From Eukaryota sp. GEM-RC1 (lineage: Eukaryota): DNA of 64,000 nucleotides. A program made the translations under genes and the position numbers. Below the pieces are notes generated by a model. That model made no database searches. It was not told the origin of the DNA and saw nothing but the letters and a program-made list of their open reading frames with translations. This document shows positions 61,217-64,000 of the stretch, in pieces (position 1 is the first letter of the stretch; every line of letters starts with the position of its first letter). The stretch is from assembly GCA_040285855.1 (NCBI GenBank), contig JAUFOQ010000002.1, positions 682,001-746,000 on the forward strand, in the 5' to 3' direction.

Positions 61217-61391
61217 CGTGGTTAGTTTATAAAAGTAGTTGTGGTTGATGTTATGGACACGTGATAATAGTGGATGGTAAGTAATCATAGACATCATAAA
61301 CTGATTTAATTTCATGGAATTCATCACAAATTTACTGAATCATTTATACCAAACATAACACAAATTAATTTGTCATTTCCCTTTTCAAAAG

Positions 61392-63489
61392 CAATGTTCA
61401 GAATTTTGGTTCTGAGGTCTGTGAAGCCTTCCTCCGCAATTTCTGTTTCTGAGGCATCATTGCTGTCTATGTCCTTATTCCCGTGGCCATTACTACCATT
61501 TGCTGTCTAGCGTGCACAGCCTTCCGTGGCATGTCATAGCTGATTACTGTATTACGATTTTGTACTGCTTAATTAATTTGTAAATAAACGGATCATTTTA
61601 AACTACATCTTCTGATGCTAAAGTATTCTATACAGTATTCACCTTGTTGTGGTTTCAGCAACATAGCTTTGAATACCAGGAAACTGTTCCTAAAGAAGTG
61701 TTTCTAGAGTTGAACAACATCAAGAGACCATGAGTCATGGGTATGTTCAAGGATGTTGATGTCATTTCGATACTTTTATCATTTATGTGAAGAGAATTTA
61801 CTGTTTTCATCCGCTCGGAACAGTACATTTATTGTTGTTCCAGCTGCAAGTATTGATACTTTTGAAGTTTTTCTTGATTATATCGAGACTGCCTTCGCAC
61901 TTCTACACGAGCAGCGGTAGTCTTTTAGAGATCTGTAACAGATACACGTTCTATTGATAAAGGAATATTTGACAAAAGAAAACCATTGCTGATGAATTCA
62001 CCATCATCATCGCTATTGATTTATGATGGATTGGATTGATGCGTTGAAATGGGACTTGTTACCTCAAATACTCAGCATCAAATGGCCTCAAGAAGGTCCA
62101 TTAGAGTTCAAAAATGTCTGTCTAAAAAGAGAGAGTTTCAAGTTATGATGCTCTGTATAACTAAACCTCAAGTGTCTGAAGAGCTTTAGAAAGTGTCTAC
62201 AAGACGTCATCAAGACGTGATGAACTTGTTGAACGATAGAGTTGAAAGACAAGGATCACGACCTACTTATTTGTGAGTTGGTCACGATGTAAGTGGATGG
62301 AAAGAGGTGTAATCGATGTCAATACGAGAGGAAAATCGGGATGAAAGATCCTGGTCGACTTTCGAACGTCATAATGGATCCATTCTCTGCCATGATGAAA
62401 GGTGCAAAGCGTACGCTTTATGCTACCATTGTGTTCAACGTGTTGTCAGTGCTCTTGCATGGAGGCTTCATCGTCGTCGGTTTGATCTACCTCATTCAAG
62501 ATGCGGAATGCGATCGCCCTATTGCCCTCTGGTCTTTGGTTTAACAGCCATTGTTTCTCAAGTCTTCGCCTCCCTCATCCCTCTCATCCGGGGTATGACC
62601 TCTGACAAGGACAGGGATAAAACAGTCAAGATGATTGGTGGAATTGTTGGTCTTATTGCTTTCGTTTCGTTCATCATCCTCAATGTTCAGACATTTGGTT
62701 CTGAGGTTTGTGAAGCCTTCCTCCGCAATTTCTGTTTCTGGGGCATCATCGCTGTCTATGTCCTTATTCCCGTGGCCATTATTACCATTTGCTGTCTGGC
62801 GTGCACAACCTTCCGTGGCATGTCATAGCTGATTAATGTGTTACTGTTTTACGATTTTGTACTGCTTAATTAATTTGTAAATAAACGGATCATTTTAAAC
62901 TACTTCTGATGCGGAAGAATTCTATACCAGTACTCAACTTGTTGTGGTTTCAGCAACATATCTTTGAATACCAGGAAACTGTTCCCAAAGTAGTGTTCCT
63001 AGAGTTGAACATCATTAAGAGACGCCATGATTATGTTCGATGATGTCGATACCGTGATACTTTTATCATTAATTGAAGAGATGTTACTGTTTTCATCCGC
63101 GTGGAACAGTACATTTATTGTTGTTCCAGCTGCAAGTATTGATGCTTTTGAAGTTTTTCTTGATTATATCGAGACTGCCTTCGCACTTCTACACGAGCAG
63201 TGGTAGCCTTTCAGAGATCTGGAACAGATACACGTTCTATTGATAAAGGAATATTTAACAAAAGAAAACCATTGCTGTTGGATTCACATTCATAATCGCT
63301 ATTGATTTATGATGGATTGGATTGATGCGTTGAAATGACCCAGCATAAAATGGCCTCAAGAAGGTCCATTAGAGTTCGAAAATGTCTGTTTAAAAAGAGA
63401 GAGTTTCAAGTTATGATGCTCTGTATAACCAAAGCTCAAGTGTCTGAAGAGCTTTAGAGAATATCGTCAAGACGTCATCAAGAGGTGAT
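61392..63489. repeat. ~830-bp direct duplication (61392-62221 vs 62681-63489) including the 3' end of the membrane-protein gene
   Basis: Colinear similarity from CAATGTTCAGA to AAGACGTCATCAAGA.GTGAT with scattered substitutions and indels. Confidence 0.93.
62376..62828 (+). CDS. Small multi-pass (~4 TM) membrane protein; frameshift near 62540
   Basis: MDPFSAMM..., hydrophobic segments, CDRPIALW and CEAFLRNFCFW motifs, Cys-rich end. Confidence 0.7.
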   Translation, partial: GSILCHDERCKAYALCYHCVQRVVSALAWRLHRRRFDLPHSRCGMRSPYCPLVFGLTAIVSQVFASLIPLIRGMTSDKDRDKTVKMIGGIVGLIAFVSFIILNVQTFGSEVCEAFLRNFCFWGIIAVYVLIPVAIITICCLACTTFRGMS

Positions 63490-63527
63490 TGTAAAAGATC
63501 CTCTTTTTGTTCTTCAGTTCCACTTCA

Positions 63528-64000
63528 ATGGACAAACAGGATGTTCCCTTTTCTTTAGTATATTCTCCTGTACTTGAAATCAATAGTTTCTTCTCCCATT
63601 CTGAGACATCTCTTTTTGAAGAATACGATAGTGCGTTTGCTTACAATGTTGGTCGTTTTGAAGATTGGGCTGCAACTACTGCAGAGAAACGCAAAACAGC
63701 TCTTTCTGTTCTGTTAGACCGCCTTGATTCAACTAAATCCTGTTCTCAATCAACATACTCATTGCTCTTCTGTCTTCTAGGCTGTCCCTACTATGCCACT
63801 TCTGGTTCCACCCAGGTCTCTCTCTCACGACAAGCTGCAGTTACTCTTCTAGAACTCGGAGCCATCCCCGTAATCCTCTTCCACGTATCTAGAGTCGCTT
63901 CTCTAGTTGCCGATGACACCCCCTCATCAACCTCTCACCAAACCAATGTCTCTCTTCTCTCTTCCCTTCTTTCCCTCTACTACATTATTCTAGTTCATTG
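63528..64000 (+). CDS. STRIP1/2 / Far11-like protein, N-terminal part (runs off the window)
   Basis: Open frame to the window end: EINSFFSHSE...W....AEKRKTALSVLLDRLD...SLLFCLLG...Q......LLELG resembles the N1221 domain pattern. Confidence 0.6.
   Translation, partial: MDKQDVPFSLVYSPVLEINSFFSHSETSLFEEYDSAFAYNVGRFEDWAATTAEKRKTALSVLLDRLDSTKSCSQSTYSLLFCLLGCPYYATSGSTQVSLSRQAAVTLLELGAIPVILFHVSRVASLVADDTPSSTSHQTNVSLLSSLLSLYYIILVH

Overview
AT-rich, gene-dense eukaryotic (flagellated protist) DNA. Tiny introns with the branch point fused to the 3' splice site are metamonad-like (inference). Many genes, including essential ones, are broken by 1-nt indels in A/T homopolymers, which looks like long-read assembly error, so the supplied ORFs must be re-joined. 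From about 17 kb to 64 kb lie conserved genes (PRP6, a WD40 protein, NDC80, WDR92, RBBP5/SWD1, eIF2B-delta, centrin-3, a REXO1-like N-terminus, PSF1, CSE1, STRIP/Far11). Between them is dense TE debris: CRE-like RT/RLE non-LTR elements, a Ty3/gypsy element, and hAT, Mutator and pogo-like MITEs with visible TSDs. The first ~17 kb is an accessory island. It holds a >2,300-aa minus-strand ORF running off the window, with a virus-type 2A (StopGo) peptide, a CCHC zinc knuckle and a DEAH helicase. It also holds a divergent USP deubiquitinase, a stand-alone PIF1 helicase, a 15-bp minisatellite and a Helitron-like 3' end. Next to these genes is a ~1.5-kb patchwork of 29-90 bp near-identical snippets copied, out of order and in one orientation, from the island's own genes; one snippet is bracketed by a perfect 28-bp direct repeat. 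The island plus its snippet array is the best candidate for an undescribed system.
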